A stretch of 64,000 bases of DNA, from NCBI GenBank assembly GCA_022566775.1, contig JADFIJ010000001.1:110-64109 (forward strand). The letters are read 5' to 3'. The notes under the pieces were generated by a model. It was not told where the DNA came from, searched no databases, and worked only from the letters and a program-made list of their open reading frames with translations. Within the stretch, counting starts at the first letter, position 1. Each line of letters opens with the position of its first letter. The DNA comes from Pseudomonadota bacterium (GTDB taxonomy: Bacteria > Pseudomonadota > Gammaproteobacteria > Pseudomonadales > Pseudohongiellaceae). This document shows, piece after piece, positions 1-9,029 of the stretch. Position numbers and translations under genes: made by a program.

Positions 1-1281
1 GCCATCTTCAATTTCAGGGCATGAGGCATCGGCAGAGCAGGATATGGAACCATCCCCACTGCTTTCATTGGGGTTAACAGATAAGGCTGATGTTGTGGTT
101 GCCTGTTGTGAGGCAGCGGCCCCTACATCGGAAGCCGCCGATGTGAGACTAAGTGCTGTAATGCCAGTCGCGGAATCGTCAGTTGTATTTTGAAATCCTG
201 TGACCGAAACCGTGTTGCTGGGGGTTGTCGCCCCTGTTGCAATGGTGATCTCGGTAGTGGTATCTGTAGTGTCTTGAGAGCTGTCAGCATTTGATGCTGG
301 TGCGGTGGCGTTGGCATTATCGCTAACAGTGTTATCGCCAACTGCTAAATCACCGTTTCCATCATCGCCATCGGTATTGGCAGCATTGGGGTTAGCGCCC
401 GCTGCATCGGCGATGTCGGCGTTTGCATCATCCAGGTTAGCATCTGCATCTGGGTCATCGGCGTTAGCATCGTTTCCAGCGTTGTCGTCTACGTTATCAT
501 CGCCGCCATCTCCATCGTCTCCACCATCTCCATCGACATCACCGCCGTCATCTTCCGAGCCGGTGTCCTCCTCTTCGGTATCCTGGTCAAGCACAGCAAG
601 TGGGGTAATACCCAGTTCGGCAGGTTGCGCAGTCAGTCCCTGTGGCGGTGTCTGCGGGTCGGGAACCGTGGCGAAATCGAAGATGACGCCGACACCGAGA
701 TCTAACTCTCCGGCAGCATTGGCGATAGTAGTTCCACCGTCATATACACCGGTAAAGATTTCACCTGCCGGAGTGATGACGACCTCATAATCCGTACCAC
801 GTATTCCTATGGTGGCGAAATTGCTGATAGTGGCTTCGTAGGCCTCCTTGTTCTGATCCCCTATGACGCCCGTGATGGTTCTAAAACCACCCTGAATTAG
901 TGAGAGGGAGACTACATCGGTAACGATGTTCTCGTCATATTGATAGGCAACGATGGTGAATTCAGTATCGGCTTTGAGTGAGATCTGCGCCTGATCGACC
1001 ATACGAATCTGGGTCGATGCTGCCGGCCCGGTCAAAATCGTATCGCCCACGAAGATACTTGAACTACGAGAAAGCTGCCTTGCACTACCGCTCGAGTCGC
1101 GGGCGATTACCCGTCCGGTAACCATAATAATGTGGCCCGCCTGCTCGGAATCCGGCGCAGAATTGAGTTGAGCCATGCTTAGGGGGGATGAAACGGCGAA
1201 CAAAATTGAAAGCAAGAAAACCCGCAGACGCTGTGTATGGTCTGAAGCAGCCTTCCTGGTTTGGTGGTTCGCCCAATTCAT
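1..1281 (-). CDS. Secreted FecR-domain protein with an Asp/Gly/Asn-rich acidic tract (partial; C-terminus runs off the window start)
   Basis: Absent from the ORF track because no stop lies in the window. Hand translation of the minus strand from the ATG at 1281 gives MNWANHQTRKAASDHTQRLRVFLLSILFAVSSPLSMAQLNS (signal-peptide-like). It continues with IFVGDTILTG...IRMVDQAQISLKADTEF...IGIRGTDYEV, which is typical of FecR-type domains, then DGGDVDGDGGDDGDGGDDNVDDNAGNDANADDPDADAN. The frame stays open to base 1. Confidence 0.6.
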   Translation of the reverse strand, partial: MNWANHQTRKAASDHTQRLRVFLLSILFAVSSPLSMAQLNSAPDSEQAGHIIMVTGRVIARDSSGSARQLSRSSSIFVGDTILTGPAASTQIRMVDQAQISLKADTEFTIVAYQYDENIVTDVVSLSLIQGGFRTITGVIGDQNKEAYEATISNFATIGIRGTDYEVVITPAGEIFTGVYDGGTTIANAAGELDLGVGVIFDFATVPDPQTPPQGLTAQPAELGITPLAVLDQDTEEEDTGSEDDGGDVDGDGGDDGDGGDDNVDDNAGNDANADDPDADANLDDANADIADAAGANPNAANTDGDDGNGDLAVGDNTVSDNANATAPASNADSSQDTTDTTTEITIATGATTPSNTVSVTGFQNTTDDSATGITALSLTSAASDVGAAASQQATTTSALSVNPNESSGDGSISCSADASCPEIEDG

Positions 1282-1753
1282 GGGTATTACTCTTCTTTTT
1301 CTTGCGGTCAATTCAAGCCAGAAGCTCGAATGTCAATTGAAGATTCATACGACGGAACTTCACCCTGGTCCTATCTCCCGGGTCCACATGAGAGCCGGGT
1401 TACTGCTGATTCTCGTTACGAGGTTGATATGCTACGCTCAGTGGCGAATAAGTGCATGATCGCAATCGGAAAAACACTGCCTGTATCGCCATATTGTGTG
1501 ATATGGCTCACAATAATCAATTAATTGCCGGCTTTTTCGAAAATTTCTCGAATTATCCTAAAGTTTGAGTCCATAACGGACTTGTACTGGGCGACAGGAG
1601 TAAAGCATACAAATAGTTGCGATTAATCAAGGGCTTGGACAATAATCGCGGGTTTTCTGGGGGATTTGACCAACAACCCGGAGTTTGCTTTAGGAAGAAT
1701 CCAAACTAACGGCCTGACGGCAACAATTTGTAGTGAACGAAGAAGGTAAAACA

Positions 1754-4558
1754 ATGAAGGAATCACGATTTGGATTAGCGGTTTTTGGGTGTTGGTTTGC
1801 TCTGTTTTTCTTCCATAGCGGGATAGCACAAACCACGGTGGGGGAGTTAAACATCGATCGGGTCGCGACCGATTCTATACTTGCCTCCACCACCGATACT
1901 GACTTTCTCACCCGCTGGGTTGGGGTTCTGCCCGACCATCCTACCGTACCTAGTCCGCGGGAAGTGCTCGGTTATACCATCGGTGCCGAAGGGCAACTCA
2001 GCTCGGTAGACGATATTTATCGATATTTTGAAGCGCTGGCGGCGGCCTCTGAGCGCGTGCAAATTTTCCAATTAGGCCAGAGCTTCGAAGGCCGGGATAT
2101 GATATTGGTGGCGATTGCCGAGCCTGAGCACCTGGCCGATATCGAAACCTACAAAACTTATTTGAGTGAGCTGGCAGATCCGCGAGTGACAACTCGCGCT
2201 GCCGCCGAGGAGATTATCGAGCAGGCATTGCCTATTTATTGGATAACGGCGGGCTTGCATTCGCCGGAGCTGGGTCCGCCGGAGATGGTGATGGAGCTGG
2301 CCTACCGACTGGCAGTGGAAACCAGAGAGCCCTTCGCCGAGATTCGGGAGAAGGTGATTACCTTGATCACACCGGTATTCGAGGTCGACGGCAGGGCGCG
2401 CCAGGTTGAGTGGTATCGGCGCAATATCAAGGGCCACACCGACTACTTCGACATGCCACCGCGCAGTGTGCCGTTCTGGGGGCACTACACCTATCATGAC
2501 AATAACCGTGATGGTATTTCTATAAGCCAGGATATCACCCGGAATTATATTCAGGGTGTGTACGACTGGAAGCCTACTATTAGCCTGGATTTGCATGAGT
2601 CGGTGCCACTGCTGTATGTGGCCGGCGGCACCGGCCCCTATAACGAAGGTGTTAGCCCGATTACCATAAGCGAGTGGCAATTGCTCGCCAACTATGAAAT
2701 TTCGCGGCTCACGGGCCTCGGCCTGGAAGGGGTCTGGACCTGGGGTTACTACACCGGTTGGTACCCCGGTTATATGCTGTGGGCGACGAATAATCACAAC
2801 GGTATGGGTAGATTTTACGAAACCTTTGGCAATGGCAGCGCCGACACCATGGAGCGTGATATCGGCGATGTGCGATTTGCCGGCGAGGACGTCACCAGCA
2901 GGCAGTGGTATAGAGCCGCGCCGCCCCCGGAGAAAATGACCTGGTCGATGCGTAATAACACCAATTATATGCAGACAGGGGTCATCGCTTCCCTGGAGAT
3001 GGTGGCTAAAAATGGCAAGATGTTTTTGTCCAACTATTACCAGAAGGGTGTGGATGCCCTGGAGAAGGGGGCTGAGAAAGCCCCCTATGCCTATTTGATC
3101 CCACAGCAGCAGAGTGACCCGGACTCAGCCAATTACATGGTGAGTACTCTGGGTCGGCACGCCATCGAAATTCAGCGTGTCACAGCCGACGGCGTTTACG
3201 ATGAGGTGGAAGTCGTAGCAGGAGATCTGCTGGTTAAACTGAATCAGCCTTATGGACCCCTGGCGCGGACCCTGTTCGAAAATCAGGAGTTTCCCGCCGA
3301 CGTCGAGGTGCCACCCTACGACGATGTCTCCTGGACCTTCGGTCTGATCTATGGCGTGGATGTCATCGCCATCGACGATGTCGCCGTGCTGGAGCACGGG
3401 TCTGAAGCATACGATCAGTCCGGGCAGTTTTTGCCGGCAGCCGAATTACCCCTAGCAGGCAATGTCTGGGTGATACCCAATCATGGCCAGCGGGAATTGG
3501 GTCCGATTCGTTTTGCCCTGGGTGATGTGCCGGTGCTCATAGCGGAAGTGGAATTCGAAGCCGAAGGCAACAGCTATCCTGCGGGCACCCTGATTCTCGA
3601 TCTGGATGAGATGGACAGAGAAGAGGTCGTCAAGGTGTTGGGGGCCTCCAGCCTGGAAGTGGCGAGTCTTCAGCGCATGCCAATCGTTGCCAGCCACGAG
3701 CTGGACCTGCCGCGCCTGGGGGTTTATCAGTCCTGGACATCGACCCAGAACGCGGGCTGGGTTAGATATACTCTGGATCAGGCGCATATCCCCTATACCC
3801 TGTTTTCAAAGGATCGGGCAAAAGCCGGGGATCTCCTGTCTGAGTTTGATGTGATTCTGGTTCCCCATATGAGTGGAGGCACCAGTTTGGCCTCGATTAT
3901 GGGAGGCATCGACCCGAAGTGGTCGCCACTGCCTTATACCAATACCGCCGAGACCCCGAGTCATGGCCATATTCTCAGCTCGGAAGACATTACCGGCGGC
4001 CTGGGTTTCGATGGCATGGCGGCCTTCGATGACTTTATTCGCAGAGGCGGCACTCTCATTACCCTGGGTTCGGCCGGCGTGTTGGTGACGGATTCCGGTA
4101 TTCTGCGGGGCATCATCAAGCGCAGCTCTGGTAGCATGAACACACCTGGCTCAATCATGACGGCAAAGATTACCGATCACGCCTCGCCATTGGTGTATGG
4201 CTATGATGAGATTACCCACCTGTTCCGCGGCAACTCGCCGATTTTTTCAGTCGCCGACTATGATCGGGAATATTCACCCCTGCAGTTTGGCGTCAAGGCA
4301 TACGATGATGGCTCGGGGGATGGGGGCGATGCAGAGGCTGGCGACGACGAGGAAGAATCCAATTCCAAACCACCCCTGGTTATTTCCGGTGGGATAGTGC
4401 AGGGAGCGGATGTGATAGACGGAGAACCGGCAATCGTCAGCAAGGCACTGGACGCCGGCCACGTCGTGCTATTCAGCTGGAATCCGATGCATCGATACAT
4501 CAATCATCATGACCATGCCTTCGTTTACAATGCGATTCTGAACTGGAACGATCTATAG
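1754..4558 (+). CDS. Exported M14-family zinc carboxypeptidase-like protein (large, about 930 aa)
   Basis: ORF 1733..4558. The ATG at 1754 follows a GAAGG Shine-Dalgarno-like sequence and gives the signal peptide MKESRFGLAVFGCWFALFFFHSGIAQ. An HxxE zinc motif sits in WITAGLHSPELGPPEMVMELAYRL, and a later ISLDLHES is typical of M14. Confidence 0.75.
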   Translation: MKESRFGLAVFGCWFALFFFHSGIAQTTVGELNIDRVATDSILASTTDTDFLTRWVGVLPDHPTVPSPREVLGYTIGAEGQLSSVDDIYRYFEALAAASERVQIFQLGQSFEGRDMILVAIAEPEHLADIETYKTYLSELADPRVTTRAAAEEIIEQALPIYWITAGLHSPELGPPEMVMELAYRLAVETREPFAEIREKVITLITPVFEVDGRARQVEWYRRNIKGHTDYFDMPPRSVPFWGHYTYHDNNRDGISISQDITRNYIQGVYDWKPTISLDLHESVPLLYVAGGTGPYNEGVSPITISEWQLLANYEISRLTGLGLEGVWTWGYYTGWYPGYMLWATNNHNGMGRFYETFGNGSADTMERDIGDVRFAGEDVTSRQWYRAAPPPEKMTWSMRNNTNYMQTGVIASLEMVAKNGKMFLSNYYQKGVDALEKGAEKAPYAYLIPQQQSDPDSANYMVSTLGRHAIEIQRVTADGVYDEVEVVAGDLLVKLNQPYGPLARTLFENQEFPADVEVPPYDDVSWTFGLIYGVDVIAIDDVAVLEHGSEAYDQSGQFLPAAELPLAGNVWVIPNHGQRELGPIRFALGDVPVLIAEVEFEAEGNSYPAGTLILDLDEMDREEVVKVLGASSLEVASLQRMPIVASHELDLPRLGVYQSWTSTQNAGWVRYTLDQAHIPYTLFSKDRAKAGDLLSEFDVILVPHMSGGTSLASIMGGIDPKWSPLPYTNTAETPSHGHILSSEDITGGLGFDGMAAFDDFIRRGGTLITLGSAGVLVTDSGILRGIIKRSSGSMNTPGSIMTAKITDHASPLVYGYDEITHLFRGNSPIFSVADYDREYSPLQFGVKAYDDGSGDGGDAEAGDDEEESNSKPPLVISGGIVQGADVIDGEPAIVSKALDAGHVVLFSWNPMHRYINHHDHAFVYNAILNWNDL

Positions 4559-4661
4559 AGGCTTTGGGGGCAGACTCTGAGATATCCCCCCCACAAAACA
4601 TCTAGAGCAATTTTTTGGTAGTTGATACGTGTAACGGGGTTTGGCAAGGGGTACTGTTTTT

Positions 4662-4697
4662 CCGTTCCATTGGGCCATCCCTGGCCCAATGGAACGG
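4662..4697. repeat. Perfect 15-bp inverted repeat (ccgttccattgggcc / ggcccaatggaacgg) with a 6-nt loop
   Basis: Read directly from the sequence. No T-run follows it on either strand, so it looks REP-like rather than a classical terminator. Confidence 0.5.
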
Positions 4698-4816
4698 CAA
4701 AATAACCCCCCTGCTCCGAGCTTGCGTTCTGCACCTACACCACAATCAAACATAATGGTGCGTCAAGAATTTTAGTTTAATCTTTTGATTTAACACGAAA
4801 CTTCTTGGGAATATCT

Positions 4817-4844
4817 CAGGGACAGACTTAAAAGTCTGTCCCTG
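4817..4844. terminator. 28-nt perfect palindrome (cagggacagactt aa aagtctgtccctg) overlapping the cupin stop codon; possible bidirectional terminator
   Basis: 13-bp stem followed by ttgcttt on the + strand. It lies between the convergent M14 and cupin genes. Confidence 0.35.
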
Positions 4845-5397
4845 TTGCTTTAATCTGCATCACCTTGTCCGGGTCGCCACGGAAGATGATATAGCTGATG
4901 GTGTCGGTATCGATTTGATGCCAGCCGTGGGGCATGCCTTTGGGGATTATGGCGATGTCACCAGGTTTGACCTTCTGTAAAATGCCGCCGCGAATCTCGC
5001 CCCGCTCCATGGGACCGAGCAAGGAACTATTGCTGGTTTGCGTGTCAATAAACTCACCGCCGGTAATCATCGTGCCTTCACCAGAGACGATATAGTAGAT
5101 CTCATCCAGGTTGACATGGGCAATACCGGTCTCCACGCCATTGTCTTCCACCTTGCTACGCTGCACCACCGAAACCCCTATATTCCCATCGCCGACGCCG
5201 ATATGACGCATTACGATGTCGCTGATAGTTCTGCCTGCGGCGAGATTTGCCAGGCCCTGGGCCAGGGTGGCATCAACTTCTTTCTTGGTCATTATGGTAG
5301 CGCCAGATTCCTGGGCGAGGCTGGGCACAAGCACCCCAACGCCGAAGCCTATTGCCAATATCAACTTCGCCATCGATAAAATAGAAAGTACTTTCAT
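4828..5397 (-). CDS. Exported cupin-domain protein
   Basis: ORF 4828..5436. The internal ATG at 5397 is preceded by GGGGAGGAAAT (a strong RBS) and gives the signal peptide MKVLSILSMAKLILAIGFGVGVLVPSLAQE. Cupin-like GDIAIIPKGMPHGWHQID is present. Confidence 0.6.
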   Translation of the reverse strand: MKVLSILSMAKLILAIGFGVGVLVPSLAQESGATIMTKKEVDATLAQGLANLAAGRTISDIVMRHIGVGDGNIGVSVVQRSKVEDNGVETGIAHVNLDEIYYIVSGEGTMITGGEFIDTQTSNSSLLGPMERGEIRGGILQKVKPGDIAIIPKGMPHGWHQIDTDTISYIIFRGDPDKVMQIKATGTDF

Positions 5398-5461
5398 ATT
5401 TCCTCCCCATAATTTGACTGTAACCAGCCTATTCAAGCTTGTAATTAGTTGTCCCCTCTCA

Positions 5462-5584
5462 CTAGTATAGTATCTGCCACTGCGATTGCTTCTCCTTCAG
5501 ACCATCATGGTCGGTGGTCTGGGTCGGGCCTGTTGCAGTGGCGAGTAATGACGCCAGCGCCAAAGAGATCAAATGCGTCTTCAT
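5462..5584 (-). CDS. Possible 40-codon exported peptide (MKTHLISLALASLLATATGPTQTTDHDGLKEKQSQWQILY)
   Basis: Hand-translated small ORF between the dipeptidase and cupin genes on the same strand. The N-terminus is signal-like and the RBS is weak. No homology recognised. Confidence 0.2.
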   Translation of the reverse strand: MKTHLISLALASLLATATGPTQTTDHDGLKEKQSQWQILY

Positions 5585-5627
5585 CTTAGTCGCTTATCCA
5601 ACCTGGGTTTTATCGATTTGGTGGTTC

Positions 5628-6986
5628 TTATTCGGCTTGAATCTCTGCCGCGATGCGTTGTACATCATCGAGAACCCGTAGTAGGTTGCCGCTCCAGATC
5701 ATACCGATCTGGGATTCCGTGTAACCGCGACGGACCAATTCCAGGGTGACATTGAAGGTCTCTGCGGCGCTGTTCCAGCCGCTGACACCGCCACCACCAT
5801 CGAAGTCAGAGCTGATACCCACATGCTCCAGGCCGATGAGGTCCACCAGGTAGTCGATGTGATCTACCAGATCTCCCACATCGACGGGCGGCGCCACTGA
5901 ATTTACTTCGGCATCCATTCTTGGTGCGGCAAGCTCATCGATCTTTGCCACGGTTGCCGCATAGGCTGTTCGATCAGACTCGCTCAACTCGTTTCTCTGA
6001 GCGGAGCTCAAGAGTTCGATGCCCAGGTCTGCGGCAATACTTTCGTTGAGTTTGGTCAGCGCGTCTCGATGCAGCGTATTCTTGTCTGCATTGAGGTAAC
6101 TGCCGAAGGCGACTGTCTGCACGACGCCGCCATTTTCCTTTATACGCAGCAACTGCTCATCATCGAGATTGCGGCTGTGTTCGCTCATTGCCCGTGCCGA
6201 GGAATGAGAAGCTATCAGCGGTGCTCGCGTGAGATCCAGCATCTCCATGACGGCGGCCTTGGAGGGATGTGACACGTCGATCATGATGCCCCACTTGTTC
6301 ATTTCGGCCACCGCTTCGCGGCCCAGCTCACTCAAGCCATTGTGCAACCAGACATCGTCCTGTTCTCCGGTATTGGAATCTGCGAACTGACTATGGCCAT
6401 TGTGAGCCAGGGACATATAGCGGCCACCACGTCTGTAGAAGTCTTCGATGTTGGTCATGTCCAGACCAAGCGGATAGGCATTCTCGATGCCTATCATGGC
6501 AACTTTCTTGCCGGCGGCGTTAATGCGACGAACATCATCGGAAGTGTAGGCGATTTCTATCTGCTCCGGCGCAATTTCTTCGGCCAGGCGATGAATGGAA
6601 TCGAATTTATCGATGGCATTGGCGTAGGCGGCGGCATAACCGGCCGTATCCAGTGTGTCCTGACCCGTGTAGACAATAAGCCAGGTAACATCCAGTCCAC
6701 CGGCATCCATTTTTGGTAGATTCACCTGGGTGTTTAGATCTGTAGTGTAATTTTTATCGGCAGTAAAATTGTCGGTGTTGATATCGTTGTGAGTGTCCAG
6801 GGTAATCACGCGATCGTGAATTCCTCGCGCTCTCGTAGTGAGCTGAGCTTCGGTCTCGGCTATTTCATTCTGGGATTCTTGATTGGGAGTACTGGATTGT
6901 GTGGGCTGACTATTATCGCCACAGGCTAATAACAGCAAGGCGATCATAAGTGGCATTAAAAACTTGAGTTTCGAACACATGAGCAA
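5628..6986 (-). CDS. Membrane dipeptidase (peptidase M19, renal-dipeptidase family), probable lipoprotein
   Basis: Lipobox LLLACGD. M19 hallmarks are ITLDTHNDI, SLAHNGHSQF, IDVSHPS, IASHSSARA and ISSDFDGGGG. Confidence 0.85.
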   Translation of the reverse strand: MLMCSKLKFLMPLMIALLLLACGDNSQPTQSSTPNQESQNEIAETEAQLTTRARGIHDRVITLDTHNDINTDNFTADKNYTTDLNTQVNLPKMDAGGLDVTWLIVYTGQDTLDTAGYAAAYANAIDKFDSIHRLAEEIAPEQIEIAYTSDDVRRINAAGKKVAMIGIENAYPLGLDMTNIEDFYRRGGRYMSLAHNGHSQFADSNTGEQDDVWLHNGLSELGREAVAEMNKWGIMIDVSHPSKAAVMEMLDLTRAPLIASHSSARAMSEHSRNLDDEQLLRIKENGGVVQTVAFGSYLNADKNTLHRDALTKLNESIAADLGIELLSSAQRNELSESDRTAYAATVAKIDELAAPRMDAEVNSVAPPVDVGDLVDHIDYLVDLIGLEHVGISSDFDGGGGVSGWNSAAETFNVTLELVRRGYTESQIGMIWSGNLLRVLDDVQRIAAEIQAE

Positions 6987-7308
6987 AGTCTCTACTTCGA
7001 TTGGTGATTAGCATTGAAATTTGCCGCCCGCAGAGCCATAGATGATCCACGGGTCAGCTCAGGATGCTGAAACTTAGCACTTAGAATCGTGTAATTACAG
7101 CGCAAAGTGACAATTATCCCGCTTATTACCCATCCTACTAGCAGGCGCAAGGATATGGGAGTGTGGCGCGCCTTCAGCGGGTCTGCAATTGGACTCTTGA
7201 AATATTGCTAATTATAGCTGCGCTGGCATAACATTAGGCCTGCTATCAGCATGGCCATCCTGGCGGCTGTAGGTTTGTGCAATTTTTGAGTTACTTGAGA
7301 GTAAAACC

Positions 7309-9027
7309 ATGATGTTTCGTCGCTTAGATTGTCGATTACTTAAGAGTTTGGTGTTTTTTGCGGCCCTGGCGCTAGTCTCCACTGCCTTCTCCGAAGGTGG
7401 TAGAACTCCGCTGCGAGTGAAAAATGGCATCGTAAGCAGTGTTTCCCGGCTCGCTTCCGAGGCTGGCGTTGAGGCGCTGAAGCAGGGTGGCAACGCCATC
7501 GACGCGGCTGTTGCGACGGCATTCGTGCTGGCGGTGACATGGCCATCTGCTGGCAATATCGGTGGCGGTGGTTTCCTGGTCTACCATGGGGAAGATGGCG
7601 ATGCGACCACCTACGATTTCAGAGAGAAAGCACCTCTGGCAGCCACCGAGCGTATGTATTTGGGATTGGATGGCACTGTCGTTAACAATTCCAATCACAT
7701 AGGCATTCTCGCCGTCGGTGTGCCCGGCACGGTGGCAGGACTCTATAAGGCACACCAGGATCGAGGCTCCCTGCCCTGGGCAGATCTACTTGCTCCTGCG
7801 GTGCAGTTGGCGAGGGAAGGCATTCCAATCACCTATGCCCTGCAATCTGGATTTAGCCGCAACCGCAGAAGATTTGCCGGCTACCCCGCTTCGGCGGCCA
7901 AATTTTCCCGGCAAGATGGTTCTCCCTACGAGCTTGGCGATACCTGGGTTCAGCCGGATCTGGCACATACGCTCGAACTGATTCAAGAGCAGGGCAGGGA
8001 TGGTTTTTACCGAGGCGAGAATGCGCAACGCCTCGCCGAGTTCATGGCGGCCAATGGCGGCATCATCACGACACAGGATCTGGCGAAATATGAGGCGATT
8101 GAGCGGGAGCCGATTCGTGGCAGTTATCGCGGCTACGAGATTATCAGCATGCCTCCACCCAGCTCTGGCGGCGTGGTACTGGTGGAGATGCTGAATATTC
8201 TTGAAGGCTTCGATCTCAAGGCCATGGGTCACAACTCGGCGCAGTACCTGCATGTGGTAACCGAGTCCATGCGTCGGGCCTATGCCGATCGGGCAGAATT
8301 CCTGGGCGATCCGGATTTTAATGAGGGCATGCCGCTGGCTCGGCTGATGGACAAAGATTACGCGGCGAAGTTGCGAGAGACTATCGATATGGATCGAAAG
8401 TCAGAGAGCAACCCCGAGAAGTTTGCGAATATTTACGAGAGTGAGGAAACCACGCATTTTTCTATCGTAGATAAAGACGGCAACATGGTGAGCATGACCT
8501 ATACACTGGAATTTGGTTATGGCTCCGGTATCGTCGTTGCGGGTGGTGGTTATCTGCTAAATAACGAGATGGGTGATTTCAATGCAGTGCCAGGTGTCAC
8601 TAATACGCGCGGGCTGATCGGCACGGCGCCGAATCTGGTGGCGCCAGAGAAGCGTATGCTTTCCAGTATGACGCCAACTATTGTCGCTCAAGATGGGAAA
8701 CCGGTTTTCGCCATTGGTAGTCCCGGCGGCAAGACCATCATCAACACCACCCTGCAGTTAATACTCAACGTGATCGACCATGGTTTTAATATCGCAGAAT
8801 CGGTGGAGGCCGGGCGAATTCATCACCAGTGGTTGCCCGATGTTACCAGTATGGAAACCCATTCCCTGTCGCCGGATACCATTCGTCTTTATGAAGCGAA
8901 GGGTCACCGATTCATGGAGAGAGGGGCACAGGGCGCCGCCATGGCTGTCTTTCATGATCGCGAGAACAGCCTGTTTCTGGGTTCGTCAGATTCCCGCAGT
9001 GGGGATGGCGCGGTGGTGGGATACTGA
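7309..9027 (+). CDS. ggt: Gamma-glutamyltransferase
   Basis: Signal peptide, then GGNAIDAAVA. The autoprocessing site EETTHFSIVDKDGNMVSMTYTLEFGYGSG and GSPGGKTIINT are typical of GGT. Confidence 0.9.
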   Translation: MMFRRLDCRLLKSLVFFAALALVSTAFSEGGRTPLRVKNGIVSSVSRLASEAGVEALKQGGNAIDAAVATAFVLAVTWPSAGNIGGGGFLVYHGEDGDATTYDFREKAPLAATERMYLGLDGTVVNNSNHIGILAVGVPGTVAGLYKAHQDRGSLPWADLLAPAVQLAREGIPITYALQSGFSRNRRRFAGYPASAAKFSRQDGSPYELGDTWVQPDLAHTLELIQEQGRDGFYRGENAQRLAEFMAANGGIITTQDLAKYEAIEREPIRGSYRGYEIISMPPPSSGGVVLVEMLNILEGFDLKAMGHNSAQYLHVVTESMRRAYADRAEFLGDPDFNEGMPLARLMDKDYAAKLRETIDMDRKSESNPEKFANIYESEETTHFSIVDKDGNMVSMTYTLEFGYGSGIVVAGGGYLLNNEMGDFNAVPGVTNTRGLIGTAPNLVAPEKRMLSSMTPTIVAQDGKPVFAIGSPGGKTIINTTLQLILNVIDHGFNIAESVEAGRIHHQWLPDVTSMETHSLSPDTIRLYEAKGHRFMERGAQGAAMAVFHDRENSLFLGSSDSRSGDGAVVGY

Positions 9028-9029
9028 GG

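Noticed and set aside
305-790. 161-aa plus-strand ORF rich in Ser/Pro/Ala
   Set aside because: It is the antisense shadow of the Asp/Gly/Asn-rich tract of the minus-strand FecR-domain gene. It is low complexity, with no start context or motif.
2072-2797. 241-aa minus-strand ORF
   Set aside because: It lies entirely inside and antisense to the well-supported M14 peptidase gene, and it has no recognisable motifs.
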